Assembly: GCA_965248535.1 (NCBI GenBank)
Contig: CBDFJR010000005.1
Span: 1,664,001-1,728,000, forward strand
Source: Phormidesmis sp.
GTDB taxonomy: Bacteria > Cyanobacteriota > Cyanobacteriia > Leptolyngbyales > Leptolyngbyaceae
Length of the DNA: 64,000 nucleotides
Reading direction: 5' to 3'
Of this stretch, positions 1 through 10,376 are shown one piece after another. The notes beneath the pieces were generated by a model. It was not told the origin of the DNA, did not search any database, and saw only the letters and a program-made list of their open reading frames with translations. The stretch's first letter is position 1. Every line of letters begins with the position of its first letter. Made by a program: the position numbers and the translations under genes.

Positions 1-115
1 AAGTAGGGCAACTTTGTCATGATAGTCATCAAGCTCGAATGGAGTCTAATGCAGTCACAACACTTCGTTTAGCCAGTAGGCATCATACCACGCAGGGGGT
101 AATAATACTTATTGT

Positions 116-1315
116 TTAGGATCGGGGACTCAGCAAAATTAGCTGCTGCTGTTGCAGCGATCGCACATTCTCCAATTCCAACGGTGCGTCCAATAGCAGA
201 TCCACGATCGGGCGCTGGGTCTTCTGATTAGCCTCACAAGCTTGCATAAATTTAAACTCTGGCTCTGTCAGATTCACAATCTGGTAGTCATAGTTAAACA
301 GACAGCGACTCTCCCAACCATCCATGCAGGGGCTACGCTCAGGAATCGCATTGAGCAGCGCTTCATCCGATGACCAATCCGCTAAAGGCAACTCGCCGCG
401 ACCTAAAAAGAATTCGTAGTGAGTGACGGTGGAGGGATCGAGTAACTCGATCAAGCGGTAGCGTTGGCGATCGCTCAAGCCTTTTGCCCGTTCAACGAGA
501 TCTGGATTTTTGCCCAACAAGCGATCGAGCGTCCACTGGCGCGGATTAGAGAAACCCAAAAACTTCAGCCCAGACGCATCAATGAGTTGAAACAGCGTCT
601 CAATGTTGTAGTCAATCTCTTGAGGATGGACATACATATCGGCAAAACATTCATCGCGCTGATTTTCCATTGACCAGCGTTCTTTTTCGCGCTGCACCAG
701 CCGATTATTTTCGGGCAATGTCTCAAAAATCTGACGACCAACGCTTACACCATCGCGATAGTCGCCTTTTTGCTTGCCTTGCAGGAGGGCGATCGCTTGC
801 TGCATTAGCCCAATTTCCCACCGCCCCAACTCTGCATAGACGAAGACGTGCATAATCCCGCCAGGGGCGAGTTTAGTGGCGAGAGATTGAACGCCGCGAA
901 TCGGATCGGGCAAGTGATGCAGCACCCCGACGCAGTTGATCAAATCAAATTTGCCGGGCAGTTGATCGGCATCATAGATGCTGAGGTGATGAAATTCTGC
1001 CCGATCGTTGACCGATCGCTGACAGCGCTCACGAGCGATCGTCAACGCCCCTGAACTCAAGTCAATGCCCGTCACCTGAGCGTGAGGATTGAGATGCACC
1101 AGATATTCGGTGCCGCAGCCCGTGCCGCAGCCCGCGTCTAAAATGCGAATATCGTGCCGTTTGGGTTTTTGTCCGGTGCAAAAATTGTAGGCTGCTGGCC
1201 AGTTCCAGCGCCAGTTATAGCCCGGCGGTGGCTCGTCGAGCAACGGCTCTGGCGGAAACGGATAGGTGTTATAAAGCGCTGCAACCGCCGCACTAATCGC
1301 TTGTGGATCTGGCAT
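116..1315 (-). CDS. Class I SAM-dependent methyltransferase
   Basis: 399 aa ORF with SAM motif ILDAGCGTG and FDLINCVGVLHH. Confidence 0.85.
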   Translation of the reverse strand: MPDPQAISAAVAALYNTYPFPPEPLLDEPPPGYNWRWNWPAAYNFCTGQKPKRHDIRILDAGCGTGCGTEYLVHLNPHAQVTGIDLSSGALTIARERCQRSVNDRAEFHHLSIYDADQLPGKFDLINCVGVLHHLPDPIRGVQSLATKLAPGGIMHVFVYAELGRWEIGLMQQAIALLQGKQKGDYRDGVSVGRQIFETLPENNRLVQREKERWSMENQRDECFADMYVHPQEIDYNIETLFQLIDASGLKFLGFSNPRQWTLDRLLGKNPDLVERAKGLSDRQRYRLIELLDPSTVTHYEFFLGRGELPLADWSSDEALLNAIPERSPCMDGWESRCLFNYDYQIVNLTEPEFKFMQACEANQKTQRPIVDLLLDAPLELENVRSLQQQQLILLSPRS

Positions 1316-1451
1316 GACACATCAAAATGACAGTAGCTTAGAAATCTAGTGTCTCATTGCTAGAGCCGTGACGTTAGACAGATTGTTGCTAAATGCTTTA
1401 AGAAGCGTTAAGTTGTACGAAGAAATATATCTTTAGAGTGAGACAACCATC

Positions 1452-1595
1452 ATGGAAAAGCAAGAAGGCAAGATCGGCTTTACCAAGTTTGCTGAGTCTT
1501 GGAACGGTCGTCTAGCCATGCTAGGCATCGCGATCGGGTTCGCCACCGAGCTAATGACGGGCAAAGGCATCTTAGAGCAACTCGGTTTGATGTAA
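1452..1595 (+). CDS. hli: High-light-inducible protein (HLIP/SCP), 47 aa; absent from the ORF track
   Basis: Hand translation MEKQEGKIGFTKFAESWNGRLAMLGIAIGFATELMTGKGILEQLGLM; contains the AExxNGRLAMLG chlorophyll-binding motif. Confidence 0.95.
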   Translation: MEKQEGKIGFTKFAESWNGRLAMLGIAIGFATELMTGKGILEQLGLM

Positions 1596-1626
1596 TTCTC
1601 ACAACTCATTTGATTAGAACCATTTG

Positions 1627-1660
1627 CCTGGAGGTCGTTGAAGAACCCTCCAGGTTTTTT
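1627..1660 (+). terminator. Intrinsic terminator after hli
   Basis: CCTGGAGG...CCTCCAGG followed by TTTTTT. Confidence 0.8.
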
Positions 1661-1669
1661 AATGAAGAC

Positions 1670-3058
1670 TCAAAACTCAACGTTCAAAGGGGTTCTAGGA
1701 AAGGGGATCACATCGCGGATGTTGCCCATTCCGGTCATGAACTGCACTAGGCGCTCAAATCCTAGCCCAAATCCTGCGTGGGGCACGGTGCCATAGCGTC
1801 GCAAATCTAGATACCACCAATAGTCTTTCAAGTCTAACCCTTGGGCTTGAATGCGGCGTTCTAAAACGTCAAGCCGCTCTTCTCGCTGGGAACCGCCGAT
1901 AATTTCGCCAATCTTGGGAGCGAGAATATCCATTGCCCGAACCGTTTTTTCGTCTTCATTCAGCCGCATATAAAAAGCTTTGATTTGAGTTGGATAGTCC
2001 GTCACAATCACAGGCTTTTTAAACAGTTCTTCGGCTAAGAATCGCTCATGTTCAGATTGCAGATCTAAGCCCCACTCGACGGGATATTCAAAGGTACGAT
2101 CGCTCTTCAGCAAAAGCTCGACCGCCTTCGTGTAGGTAACCCGCTCAAACTCATTCTGAATAATGTTTTCGGCAGTTATGAGAACGGAGTTATCGATACG
2201 ATCGTTAAAGAACTGCATATCTTCAGGGCACTTTTCTAACACATAAGAAAAAATGTATTTGAGAAATGCCTCGGCTAAATTCATGTCGCCTTCAAGGTCG
2301 CAAAACGCCATTTCTGGCTCAACCATCCAAAACTCTGCCAGGTGGCGCGACGTGTTAGAATTCTCAGCCCGAAACGTCGGCCCAAACGTGTAGACATTGC
2401 TGAAAGCCGTGGCCATAATTTCGGCTTCTAGCTGTCCGCTCACGGTCAGATAAGTGGGTTTTCCAAAAAAGTCTTTGCTATAGTCAACCGACTGATTTTC
2501 GGTCAACGGAACCTTCTTAAGATCCAAACTAGTGACGGCAAACATTTCACCTGCTCCCTCGCAGTCGCTGGCCGTCAGAATGGGCGTGTGCACCCAGATA
2601 AACCCCTGTTCTTGAAAGAATTGGTGAATCGCCATCGAGCAAGCATTGCGAACTCTAAAGACGGCTCCTAGGGTGTTGGTGCGCGATCGCAGATGCCCAA
2701 TCTCTCGCAAAAACTCAAACGAGTGGCGTTTCTTTTGCAGGGGATAGGTTTCGGGATCAGCTTCCCCATAGACCGTGACGGCATCTGCTTTGACTTCAAT
2801 GCGCTGCCCTTTGCCCAGAGACGGCACCAAAACCCCTGACACCTCCACCGATGCCCCAGTGCTGAGTTGTTTGATCGCCGACTCATAGCCAGGCAGGTCA
2901 GCATTCATCACCACTTGCAGCCCTGCCATCGACGAGCCATCGTTGACTTCAATAAACGAAAAGCCTTTTTGCTCTCGCTTAGTGCGAACCCAGCCTTTGA
3001 TGATGACTGACTCGTCAGGGTGTCCGTTACGCAGCAGTTCTGAGATCCGTCGTGTCAT
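1670..3058 (-). CDS. asnS: Asparagine--tRNA ligase
   Basis: [28 protein letters not shown] and GFGLGFERL motifs. Confidence 0.97.
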   Translation of the reverse strand: MTRRISELLRNGHPDESVIIKGWVRTKREQKGFSFIEVNDGSSMAGLQVVMNADLPGYESAIKQLSTGASVEVSGVLVPSLGKGQRIEVKADAVTVYGEADPETYPLQKKRHSFEFLREIGHLRSRTNTLGAVFRVRNACSMAIHQFFQEQGFIWVHTPILTASDCEGAGEMFAVTSLDLKKVPLTENQSVDYSKDFFGKPTYLTVSGQLEAEIMATAFSNVYTFGPTFRAENSNTSRHLAEFWMVEPEMAFCDLEGDMNLAEAFLKYIFSYVLEKCPEDMQFFNDRIDNSVLITAENIIQNEFERVTYTKAVELLLKSDRTFEYPVEWGLDLQSEHERFLAEELFKKPVIVTDYPTQIKAFYMRLNEDEKTVRAMDILAPKIGEIIGGSQREERLDVLERRIQAQGLDLKDYWWYLDLRRYGTVPHAGFGLGFERLVQFMTGMGNIRDVIPFPRTPLNVEF

Positions 3059-3065
3059 GGGGAGG

Positions 3066-3500
3066 TTAGGGGGCTAGGGTTTGAGGGGCGGGGCTAGGGG
3101 GGGTGGGAGCCGGATTCTTGAGGGTGTAAAAGGCAAGCGACCAGCCGACCACGATGCCCAGTCCGCTAAATCGAACGGCTTGCCAGAAAACGTCTTTAAA
3201 GCCAGCCCATGAAAATAAGCGGCTTTCTAGATTGAATTCCAGTTCGTCTAGCTGCTTTTCGAGCTTCTGTAATTCTAATTTAAGGCTAGAAGATTTGCTT
3301 TGGCGTAGCTGCGATCGTAGCGTCTGCGATCGCGCTTCTAAATCCTGTTGAAGTGTCTGATCATGCTCGATTTGGGCATATCGGTCTTTGAGGTCTTGCA
3401 GCGATCGCTCCACTTGCTCAAGCGTTTGCTCAAAGGTTAGCTCTGAGTCGTCAGCGTTGGGACGGGTCGATAAGCGATCGGGGTCGTGGGATGGCGGCAT
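3066..3500 (-). CDS. Coiled-coil hypothetical protein with C-terminal TM helix
   Basis: 144 aa; heptad-rich middle and hydrophobic C-terminal segment; ends 7 nt upstream of the asnS start. Confidence 0.75.
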   Translation of the reverse strand: MPPSHDPDRLSTRPNADDSELTFEQTLEQVERSLQDLKDRYAQIEHDQTLQQDLEARSQTLRSQLRQSKSSSLKLELQKLEKQLDELEFNLESRLFSWAGFKDVFWQAVRFSGLGIVVGWSLAFYTLKNPAPTPPSPAPQTLAP

Positions 3501-3585
3501 TCAAGCGTAGTAAAGTAAAGAGGACGGGTAGACCGATTCATTTTACCCATTCCTTTCAAGCCGTGTTCTATGCCGGATTTTGTAA

Positions 3586-3885
3586 ATGACTCCATCTCAG
3601 ACAGAAGCCTCTAACCCAGCCGCTACGCGCCAGCTTTCTGAGTTTAGTGCGCTTGAGTTGGCGCAGGCATTGACCGAAAAGTTGAGCATTAACGATCGCG
3701 ATTGGCATCGACTCAAATCAAATCGGCTGGCGCGATCACGAGAACAGGCAGCCGTCGCGCTAATTTTCTTGCTAAAAGAACAGCCCGAAGAAGCGATTTT
3801 GCGACTCCAGCAGGCAGCCGGATGGTTAGATCAATCCATTTCTGCCCCACCTTGCGAACATCACGGTTCTAAAAAGCAGGGCTAG
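3586..3885 (+). CDS. Cyanobacterial hypothetical protein
   Basis: 99 aa ORF filling the gap; DWHRLK and APPCEHHG motifs. Confidence 0.7.
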   Translation: MTPSQTEASNPAATRQLSEFSALELAQALTEKLSINDRDWHRLKSNRLARSREQAAVALIFLLKEQPEEAILRLQQAAGWLDQSISAPPCEHHGSKKQG

Positions 3886-4185
3886 ATTCCTGACGGGAAC
3901 TACTTGTTCGCTTTAGCCTTGTAGTTGTCTTGAAAGTTAGTTTTGCAATATAGCCCTTCTAGCTGGGCAGAGATTTGCAAGACTGTTTCGGCAGGAGACG
4001 TGGTGACGGCTTGCGCGATCGGTTGACAAAGCAGGGTAAAAAGGCAAGAACACCCCGCTAATAAAAGTAGCTCTAATTTCTTGGTTTGCATGATTCTGTG
4101 TGAAATGATCCCTTTGCAGTCAGGGGCGTTGGTGGTGCTTTGCCAAGATAACAAAGTTTTGAGTAACTCTGACAAACCGATAGAA

Positions 4186-5106
4186 TTAGCCCAAAATTTC
4201 TTCTAGAGCGGGTTTGATGGTGGGATATTGATAGTCAAATCCATCAGATAGCGTGTGTTTGGGCAACACTTCTTGACCTTCGAGCACGACTTTAGCGCCA
4301 TCGCCCAACATCGCTTCTAGGGCAAAACTGGGCACCGGGAGCCACGAAGGACGATTCATCACTTGTCCCAATACGGTGGTCATTTCCGCCATGCGAACGG
4401 GTTTTGGAGCGGTGGCATTAAAAACGCCTTCCATCTGCGATCGCGTCAAGGCGCGCAAAATCAGACTCACCAAATCCTCTCGATGAATCCAGGAAAACCA
4501 CTGGTTGCCGCTGCCGATCGGGCCGCCTGCAAACATCTTAAAGGGTGTCAGCATTTTGCCGAGGGCACCACCCATGCCCAAGACAATTCCCAGCCTCAAG
4601 ATCACTAAGCGAACGCCGCTTTCTTTAACCTTGCTGGCTTCGGCTTCCCAAACTTGACAAATCTCGGCGAGAAAATCGCCGCCCGCCGGACTGGTTTCGT
4701 CAAAGGTGGCGGTCTCGCTGGTGCCATAAAACCCGATCGCCGACGCATTCACCAACACAGTCGGTCTAGGATTGGCTTTAGCAATGGCTTCGACCAGCTT
4801 TTGAGTCGTGATTTTGCGACTGTTCATTAACGATTGCTTGCGCTCTGGAGTCCACCGAGATTCGGCGATCGCTTCACCTGCCAGATTCACAACACCATCG
4901 CAGCCTGGGATCTGGTCTTGCCACGCGCCAGACTCTAGAGGATTGTAGGTCACAATTTCTAACTGGGGGTAGGCAGACTTTGGGAAACGCTGTTCTGCTT
5001 TTGGGGCGCTGCGAGTGAAGATGACCACTTGATGCCCTTCAGCCGTCAAGCGATCGACTAAACGACTGCCTACAAACCCGGTTGCCCCTGTGACTGCGAC
5101 TTTCAT
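4186..5106 (-). CDS. TIGR01777-family NAD-dependent epimerase/oxidoreductase
   Basis: MKVAVTGATGFVGS Rossmann motif; GSGNQWFSWIH; start placed at the ATG at 5106. Confidence 0.9.
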   Translation of the reverse strand: MKVAVTGATGFVGSRLVDRLTAEGHQVVIFTRSAPKAEQRFPKSAYPQLEIVTYNPLESGAWQDQIPGCDGVVNLAGEAIAESRWTPERKQSLMNSRKITTQKLVEAIAKANPRPTVLVNASAIGFYGTSETATFDETSPAGGDFLAEICQVWEAEASKVKESGVRLVILRLGIVLGMGGALGKMLTPFKMFAGGPIGSGNQWFSWIHREDLVSLILRALTRSQMEGVFNATAPKPVRMAEMTTVLGQVMNRPSWLPVPSFALEAMLGDGAKVVLEGQEVLPKHTLSDGFDYQYPTIKPALEEILG

Positions 5107-5231
5107 TCCCGTTCTCCCTAATTGCAATCATTCGCCTGTAACTAGCGATTCATAAAACTTAAGATTAAGTATACAAGGGAGGGCTGGCGCTTAGAAAACT
5201 GAGTCATTAGAAATGTTAAGACATCTATAAC

Positions 5232-5264
5232 AAAAAGGTACAAACCGTTAAGTTTGCACCTTTT
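5232..5264. terminator. Terminator-like hairpin downstream of pirA
   Basis: AAAAAGGTACAAAC...GTTTGCACCTTTT. Confidence 0.65.
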
Positions 5265-5308
5265 ACTAGATCCCAAACAAGAGCCAGATAAGACGGTCAG
5301 AACGTTGA

Positions 5309-5464
5309 CTACTTGATGTAGTTAGCCTCTGCTTCTAGCATCCGCAAAAGGTTTTCATCGCCTCTGTCTCTGGCGGCTTCTATCCGGCGCTGCAAGTTTT
5401 TTTGCAGATTTTCGCGGTGGGTGGCTGCGGTTTGTGTGGAGGGTTGATGACGATTTTTGTTCAT
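5309..5464 (-). CDS. pirA: PII-interacting regulator of arginine synthesis PirA (Ssr0692-like), 51 aa; absent from the ORF track
   Basis: Hand translation MNKNRHQPSTQTAATHRENLQKNLQRRIEAARDRGDENLLRMLEAEANYIK; HRENL..NL..R...AR..GDENL...LEAE pattern; NtcA box upstream. Confidence 0.85.
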   Translation of the reverse strand: MNKNRHQPSTQTAATHRENLQKNLQRRIEAARDRGDENLLRMLEAEANYIK

Positions 5465-5534
5465 TGTGGACATTTCCAAAAAAATATCTGTGCTATCTAG
5501 TTATGCCCTAATCATAACATTAAAGAGTCAGACG

Positions 5535-5548
5535 GTAGCTTAGGATAC
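5535..5548. promoter_or_regulatory. NtcA binding site
   Basis: GTA-gcttagga-TAC, exact GTA-N8-TAC, about 70 nt upstream of pirA. Confidence 0.8.
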
Positions 5549-5581
5549 CAAAATTAATGATTAGAAATATAACAAATCTTT

Positions 5582-6364
5582 ATGATTGTGACGCTATTGA
5601 GTGATTTTGGCGTGAGCGATGTCTATGGGGCGGTGATGAAAGGGGCGATCGCTCAGATTAATTCTGCCCTCACCGTGATTGATCTAACCCATCAAGTTCC
5701 GCCTCAAGACATTGCGACGGCTCGGTTTCATTGGATGAATGCTTACCCCTATTTCCCGATCGGGACGGTGCACATAGCAGTGGTCGATCCAGGAGTGGGA
5801 AGTCAGCGCCGAGCGATCGCGATTCAGCTAGAGTCGGGATTTTTGGTCACGCCTGATAATGGTTTGGCGAGTGGGGTTCTCAGTCAATATGCGGCGATCG
5901 CGGCTGTTGAGTTGACCAATTCTATTTATTGGCGCACGTCTTTGCCCAGCGCCACCTTTCACGGCCGCGACATTTTTGCGCCCGTTGGGGCCCATCTAGC
6001 TAGCGGTGTGCCGCTTCCGGCAGTGGGAACTGAAATTGATCTGAGTACGATCGTGCAGTTGCCCATCCCTGATCTGGTGCGGATGGGAAGTAATCTTCAG
6101 GGAATCGTGCAAGCGATCGACCATTTTGGCAACTTGATCACCAACATTCCAGCAATCGAAGTGGCGGGCAAGGCTTGGAGCTTGCGAGTTGGGAGTGTGG
6201 CTTACCCCAGCAAAACCAGCTACTCAGAGGGCGAACCTAGAGAAATTTTGGCTTTGGTCGGCAGTCATGGCTGGGTTGAAATTGCAGCAAATCGAGCGAG
6301 TGCTCAAGCCGTTCTAAATTTGGAGTGGGGCAGCGTCGTCTCTGTGGAGATTGAGGAAGATTAG
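5582..6364 (+). CDS. SAM hydrolase / SAM-dependent halogenase family (DUF62)
   Basis: TLLSDFG, VVDPGVGSQRR, SATFHGRDIFAP and IDHFGNLITN motifs. Confidence 0.92.
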   Translation: MIVTLLSDFGVSDVYGAVMKGAIAQINSALTVIDLTHQVPPQDIATARFHWMNAYPYFPIGTVHIAVVDPGVGSQRRAIAIQLESGFLVTPDNGLASGVLSQYAAIAAVELTNSIYWRTSLPSATFHGRDIFAPVGAHLASGVPLPAVGTEIDLSTIVQLPIPDLVRMGSNLQGIVQAIDHFGNLITNIPAIEVAGKAWSLRVGSVAYPSKTSYSEGEPREILALVGSHGWVEIAANRASAQAVLNLEWGSVVSVEIEED

Positions 6365-7173
6365 CGGCTCCCGATCGAGCTGACTAATGGCTCAAATACG
6401 GGCAACAAATCCGGTCGGCTGACCACTAAGGTCGGAAACGATCGCTGACTATAATTCTGTCCGATTTGGATGGGAAAGATCGGATCGGGTTCGAGAGGAT
6501 GCCAGACTGCGCCTGCTGCTTGCACGATCGCCCAGACTGCCGCGATATCCCAAATTTTTGGGGTGGCTTCGACTCCTCCCAGGGTTGCCCCAGCCGCAAC
6601 GGTCAAAAAACTATAGGTCGTCACTCCCAACATCCGAATCTTGGCAGGAATAGGATTTTTAAGCACTGAGATACTTCGAGCGCACACATTAAAGAAGTGA
6701 TTGCTCGTCAATGGATCTTGACTGGCGTGAATGGGCTTGCGATCAAGAAAGGCTCCGGTGGGCATCTCTAAACCGGATGAGCCTTGCCAAAACCCATGAA
6801 AGGATTGCCGCAATGGGGGAAAATGCACATATCCAAAGACCGGAGTGCCCTGATAGAGCAAGCCAAGCGAGATGCCCCAAAGCGGCAGACCTCTCGCAAA
6901 ATTGTTCGTGCCATCTAAGGGATCGACGACCCAACACCAATCTTGAGCGGGCAAAATATGTTCGGTTTCTTCCGTCAGAACGCCGTGAGCGGGGAAGGTG
7001 TGAGCGATCGCATCTCGTAGTTCCTGATCGGCCCAATGATCAGATTTAGTCACTAAACTCCCATCTGATTTTTCAGACGCTTTTGCCTGCCCATAATCCT
7101 GGAGAAGTTGTGCGCCGACTCGCTCAGTGGTCGTTTGAGTGAAGTCAAGGATTTCTGTCCAAAAGTCAGTCAT
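6361..7173 (-). CDS. Inositol monophosphatase family protein
   Basis: WVVDPLDGTNNF and WDIAA motifs. Confidence 0.9.
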   Translation of the reverse strand: MTDFWTEILDFTQTTTERVGAQLLQDYGQAKASEKSDGSLVTKSDHWADQELRDAIAHTFPAHGVLTEETEHILPAQDWCWVVDPLDGTNNFARGLPLWGISLGLLYQGTPVFGYVHFPPLRQSFHGFWQGSSGLEMPTGAFLDRKPIHASQDPLTSNHFFNVCARSISVLKNPIPAKIRMLGVTTYSFLTVAAGATLGGVEATPKIWDIAAVWAIVQAAGAVWHPLEPDPIFPIQIGQNYSQRSFPTLVVSRPDLLPVFEPLVSSIGSR

Positions 7174-7187
7174 TTACAAAGTCCACA

Positions 7188-8609
7188 TTAATCAAGTTCG
7201 GTTTCAAGGACGGCAGCGATCGCTGTTTCAGAGCTAGTTTTAAATTCTTGGACGTTGACTCGCGCCAGCAAGATCACCGCCAAGATCATACCCACTGCTT
7301 CACAAGCAAACACCAGGCTATAGGCCGGAAAGGGTTGTTGAAACAGCCGCCGACCCAAGTCAAGAATTGCGCCGCCTGCCAGGGTTGCGCTGGCTTGAGC
7401 TAAGGCTTGAGAGAGTCCCCAAGCGCCGACAAAGGTGCCTGCGGTTTCGGCAGCGGTGAGATCCAACATGAGACTGACGGCACTGTTGGTCATCACGCCC
7501 GACGCTAAACCAAACAAAACCACCGCACTTTTGAGCAAAATTTGGGTTTGGGTCGCGCCAGAAATAATCACTAACACAAAGCAAGCACTCGTGAACAGAC
7601 AGCCTAGTGCTGCCGTGCGCTGCTTGCCGAGGCGAGGCACAATCAAAAATCCACCGAGGCTCATTCCGGCGAGAACTCCATATCCCCAATATTTGTTGAG
7701 TCCGGCGCTTTCGGCGATCGTCATCCCAAACACTTCGCGAGCATAAGGCTCTAACACAGGCTGCTGTAGAAATAAACTAATCGTCATCACCAGCAAAAAC
7801 GTGAAAAAGATTCCCGTCTGGCGGCTGGCAGTCAGAACTTTAAAGGCTCTGCCTAAAGTAATTTGATCTTCTCGCTCGACCAGATGCGATCGCAAAGCAT
7901 AGCGAGAATATTTTTTCTCAATCCCAAACGTTGCCAGAAATGTGAGACCAATGACGGCGATCGGAAAAACTGTAAACAGACGATTTATGACAGGCTGCAA
8001 CGTGTTGGGGGTCAATCCGGTGAGCATTTTTTGCCCTACGATCGCGCCGATCACAATTCCCACCATCAGCATTGACCAGACAATGCCAACGACCTTCGAT
8101 CGCTGATCCTCGTCGGTGATATCCACCAGCAGCGCCATAAACGGAGTTGAACTCGCGCTGATGCACAGCCCATACATCCCAAACATCAAAGCGAGTAGTG
8201 CAGTCCAAGCTGTGCTTTGAGCCGTCCAGCCCAGAGCAGCGCTGGCACCGAGTTTCCAGACCACCTGCACCGCTAAAAATAGACAGATCGCCTGAAGCGT
8301 CATGCCGATCCAGACATAGCCCGTGCGATGATAGCCTCGAATCGGCTTTGAGTCAGACATCTGCCCAAACCAGATGCGAGCCGGAGACACAAATTGATAC
8401 ATGGCGATCGTGCCCGCAGCGATCGTGGCTGGCACCTTGAGTTCTGAGATCATCACCTGGTTAAGAACGCCCAGCGTCAGCAGTGACAACATCCCCAACC
8501 CCATCTGAAACAAGCCCAGCCGAAACATCGTGAATAAGCCCAGTTTAGGCAGAGACTTGACCTGCTCAGACGGCATCAAAGGTGGATCGGGAAAATCACG
8601 AGTCGTCAT
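7188..8609 (-). CDS. BCD-family (PucC-like) MFS transporter
   Basis: About 12 hydrophobic helices; FRLGLFQMGLG and LEPYAREVFGM. Confidence 0.85.
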   Translation of the reverse strand: MTTRDFPDPPLMPSEQVKSLPKLGLFTMFRLGLFQMGLGMLSLLTLGVLNQVMISELKVPATIAAGTIAMYQFVSPARIWFGQMSDSKPIRGYHRTGYVWIGMTLQAICLFLAVQVVWKLGASAALGWTAQSTAWTALLALMFGMYGLCISASSTPFMALLVDITDEDQRSKVVGIVWSMLMVGIVIGAIVGQKMLTGLTPNTLQPVINRLFTVFPIAVIGLTFLATFGIEKKYSRYALRSHLVEREDQITLGRAFKVLTASRQTGIFFTFLLVMTISLFLQQPVLEPYAREVFGMTIAESAGLNKYWGYGVLAGMSLGGFLIVPRLGKQRTAALGCLFTSACFVLVIISGATQTQILLKSAVVLFGLASGVMTNSAVSLMLDLTAAETAGTFVGAWGLSQALAQASATLAGGAILDLGRRLFQQPFPAYSLVFACEAVGMILAVILLARVNVQEFKTSSETAIAAVLETELD

Positions 8610-8776
8610 AGGTTTTTTAATAGATCGAGGTTATGACAGATCAGTGTCTCATTTTCAGGATAGAAGCGATCGGGCAGATTGAGAGGCGCATGAGGATTTG
8701 TAACAATTGGAGGACACGACCCTCGTGATGAATCGTTACACTAATAAACATTAAGCCCTCTAACAAAATCGGTTTT

Positions 8777-9727
8777 ATGGTTCAGTCCGTTTCTTTTGGC
8801 GCAAATCTGCCCGCAATTTCGCCCCTCGGCATCGGCACCTGGCAATGGGGCGATTCGTTGTTTTGGAGCTACGGCAAAGATTATGGCGAAGCTCAGGTGA
8901 AAGAAGCGTTTGATGCCGCGATCGCGTCTGGAGTCGATTTTTTTGATACCGCAGAAATCTATGGCTTGGGCGAGTCAGAAAAACTGTTGGGACGATTTTT
9001 AAAGCAGACCGATCGCCCCGTTCAAATCGCCACAAAATATATGCCACTACCTTGGCGATTTTCGGCAGAGTCAGTTCACGAAGCGGTGTCAGATAGCTTA
9101 AAACGACTCCAAATCGCGCAGATTTCGCTCTATCAAGTTCATATGCCCTTCGACTTTTTCATGAGCAAAAAAACCCTCATGGAGGCATTAGCTGAAGAAG
9201 TCAAGCGGGGACGAATTGCAGCGATCGGAGTTAGCAACTATTCAGCCGAGCAAATGCGCGAAGCCCACGGATACCTAGCCGCAAAAGGCGTTCCGTTAGC
9301 GGTGAATCAGGTTCGCCACTCGCTGATCACTCGTCAAATTGAGGCAAATGGAATTTTTAATACGGCTCGTGATTTGGGCGTAACTATCTTGGCCTACAGT
9401 CCATTAGCGCAGGGTTTGTTAACCGGAAAATATACCCCTGAGAATGCAGACTCGGTGACAGGCGCTCGAAAATTGGATAGTCGTTTTAGCCGTCAGGGGT
9501 TAGAAAAACTTGCTCCCGTTCTTAGCCTGCTGCGTGAAATTGGACAGAAGTATGACAAAACTTCTGCTCAAGTCGCTCTCAATTGGCTGATTACTCAGGG
9601 CAACGTGATCCCGATCCCCGGTGCTAAAAATGCTGATCAAGCTCGACAGAATGCAGGCGCTTTGGGCTGGTCACTTGATGCTGATGAGTTTGTAAAACTG
9701 GATTTAATGACCCGCGATCGCCGTTGA
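8777..9727 (+). CDS. Aldo/keto reductase
   Basis: LGIGTWQWG, FDTAEIYG, IGVSNY, AYSPLAQGLLTGKY. Confidence 0.93.
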   Translation: MVQSVSFGANLPAISPLGIGTWQWGDSLFWSYGKDYGEAQVKEAFDAAIASGVDFFDTAEIYGLGESEKLLGRFLKQTDRPVQIATKYMPLPWRFSAESVHEAVSDSLKRLQIAQISLYQVHMPFDFFMSKKTLMEALAEEVKRGRIAAIGVSNYSAEQMREAHGYLAAKGVPLAVNQVRHSLITRQIEANGIFNTARDLGVTILAYSPLAQGLLTGKYTPENADSVTGARKLDSRFSRQGLEKLAPVLSLLREIGQKYDKTSAQVALNWLITQGNVIPIPGAKNADQARQNAGALGWSLDADEFVKLDLMTRDRR

Positions 9728-9909
9728 CAAATTCATCGTTGCTCAAAAACTAGGAGAATTCTCAGTAGATTCACTCAGCCTTTAAAGTTCAAAACTTATT
9801 AAGGTTTCAGCCCTCTTTACACTCTCTCTACACAAAAACTCCGGAACAGAGAGCGCTCAACCGGAATAGTAAGTCAAGAGAGCACAACCCTGATTATTGG
9901 CTGACGCAG

Positions 9910-10284
9910 GTGTCTATGAGTGCAGTTTTAGTCGTTGACGATAGCACGATGGTTCGGGTAGTTCTGACGGAATGCCTGGAAAGCAGCGGATTTAAAGTGA
10001 TTGAAGCGATCGACGGACTGGAAGCGATCGCGCAGATTCAGACCCATCATCCTGATCTGGTGATCACGGATATCGTCATGCCCCGCATGAACGGCTACGA
10101 ACTGTGTCGCTGGATCAAGAGTGATCCCCAAGCAAAAGACATTCCTGTGATGATGTGCACCTCAAAAAACGAGGAGTTCGATCGCTATTGGGGCTTCAAA
10201 CAAGGAGCCGATGCCTACATCGCAAAACCCTATCACTCTCTAGAAATGGTTAATGCCGTCAAACATCTGCTAGCGATGGCGTAA
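9910..10284 (+). CDS. Single-domain response regulator (PilH/CheY-like)
   Basis: VVDD, TDIVMPRMNGYE and GADAYIAKP. Confidence 0.9.
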   Translation: MSMSAVLVVDDSTMVRVVLTECLESSGFKVIEAIDGLEAIAQIQTHHPDLVITDIVMPRMNGYELCRWIKSDPQAKDIPVMMCTSKNEEFDRYWGFKQGADAYIAKPYHSLEMVNAVKHLLAMA

Positions 10285-10312
10285 CGCACGATCGTCACCT
10301 CCAAGTTCAAAC

Positions 10313-10347
10313 AAAAAAGCGGGTCAAGGCATCGCCCTAACCCACTC
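10313..10347 (-). terminator. Intrinsic terminator of crhR
   Basis: Minus strand GAGTGGGTTAGGG...CCTTGACCCGC followed by TTTTTT. Confidence 0.7.
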
Positions 10348-10376
10348 ACTTTAACTATCGTTTGCTGCTATTCACA

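Noticed and set aside
3900..4175. 91-aa ORF with a signal-like stretch
   Set aside because: Could be a small exported protein starting at MQTKK, but there is no motif or clear RBS, so support is insufficient.
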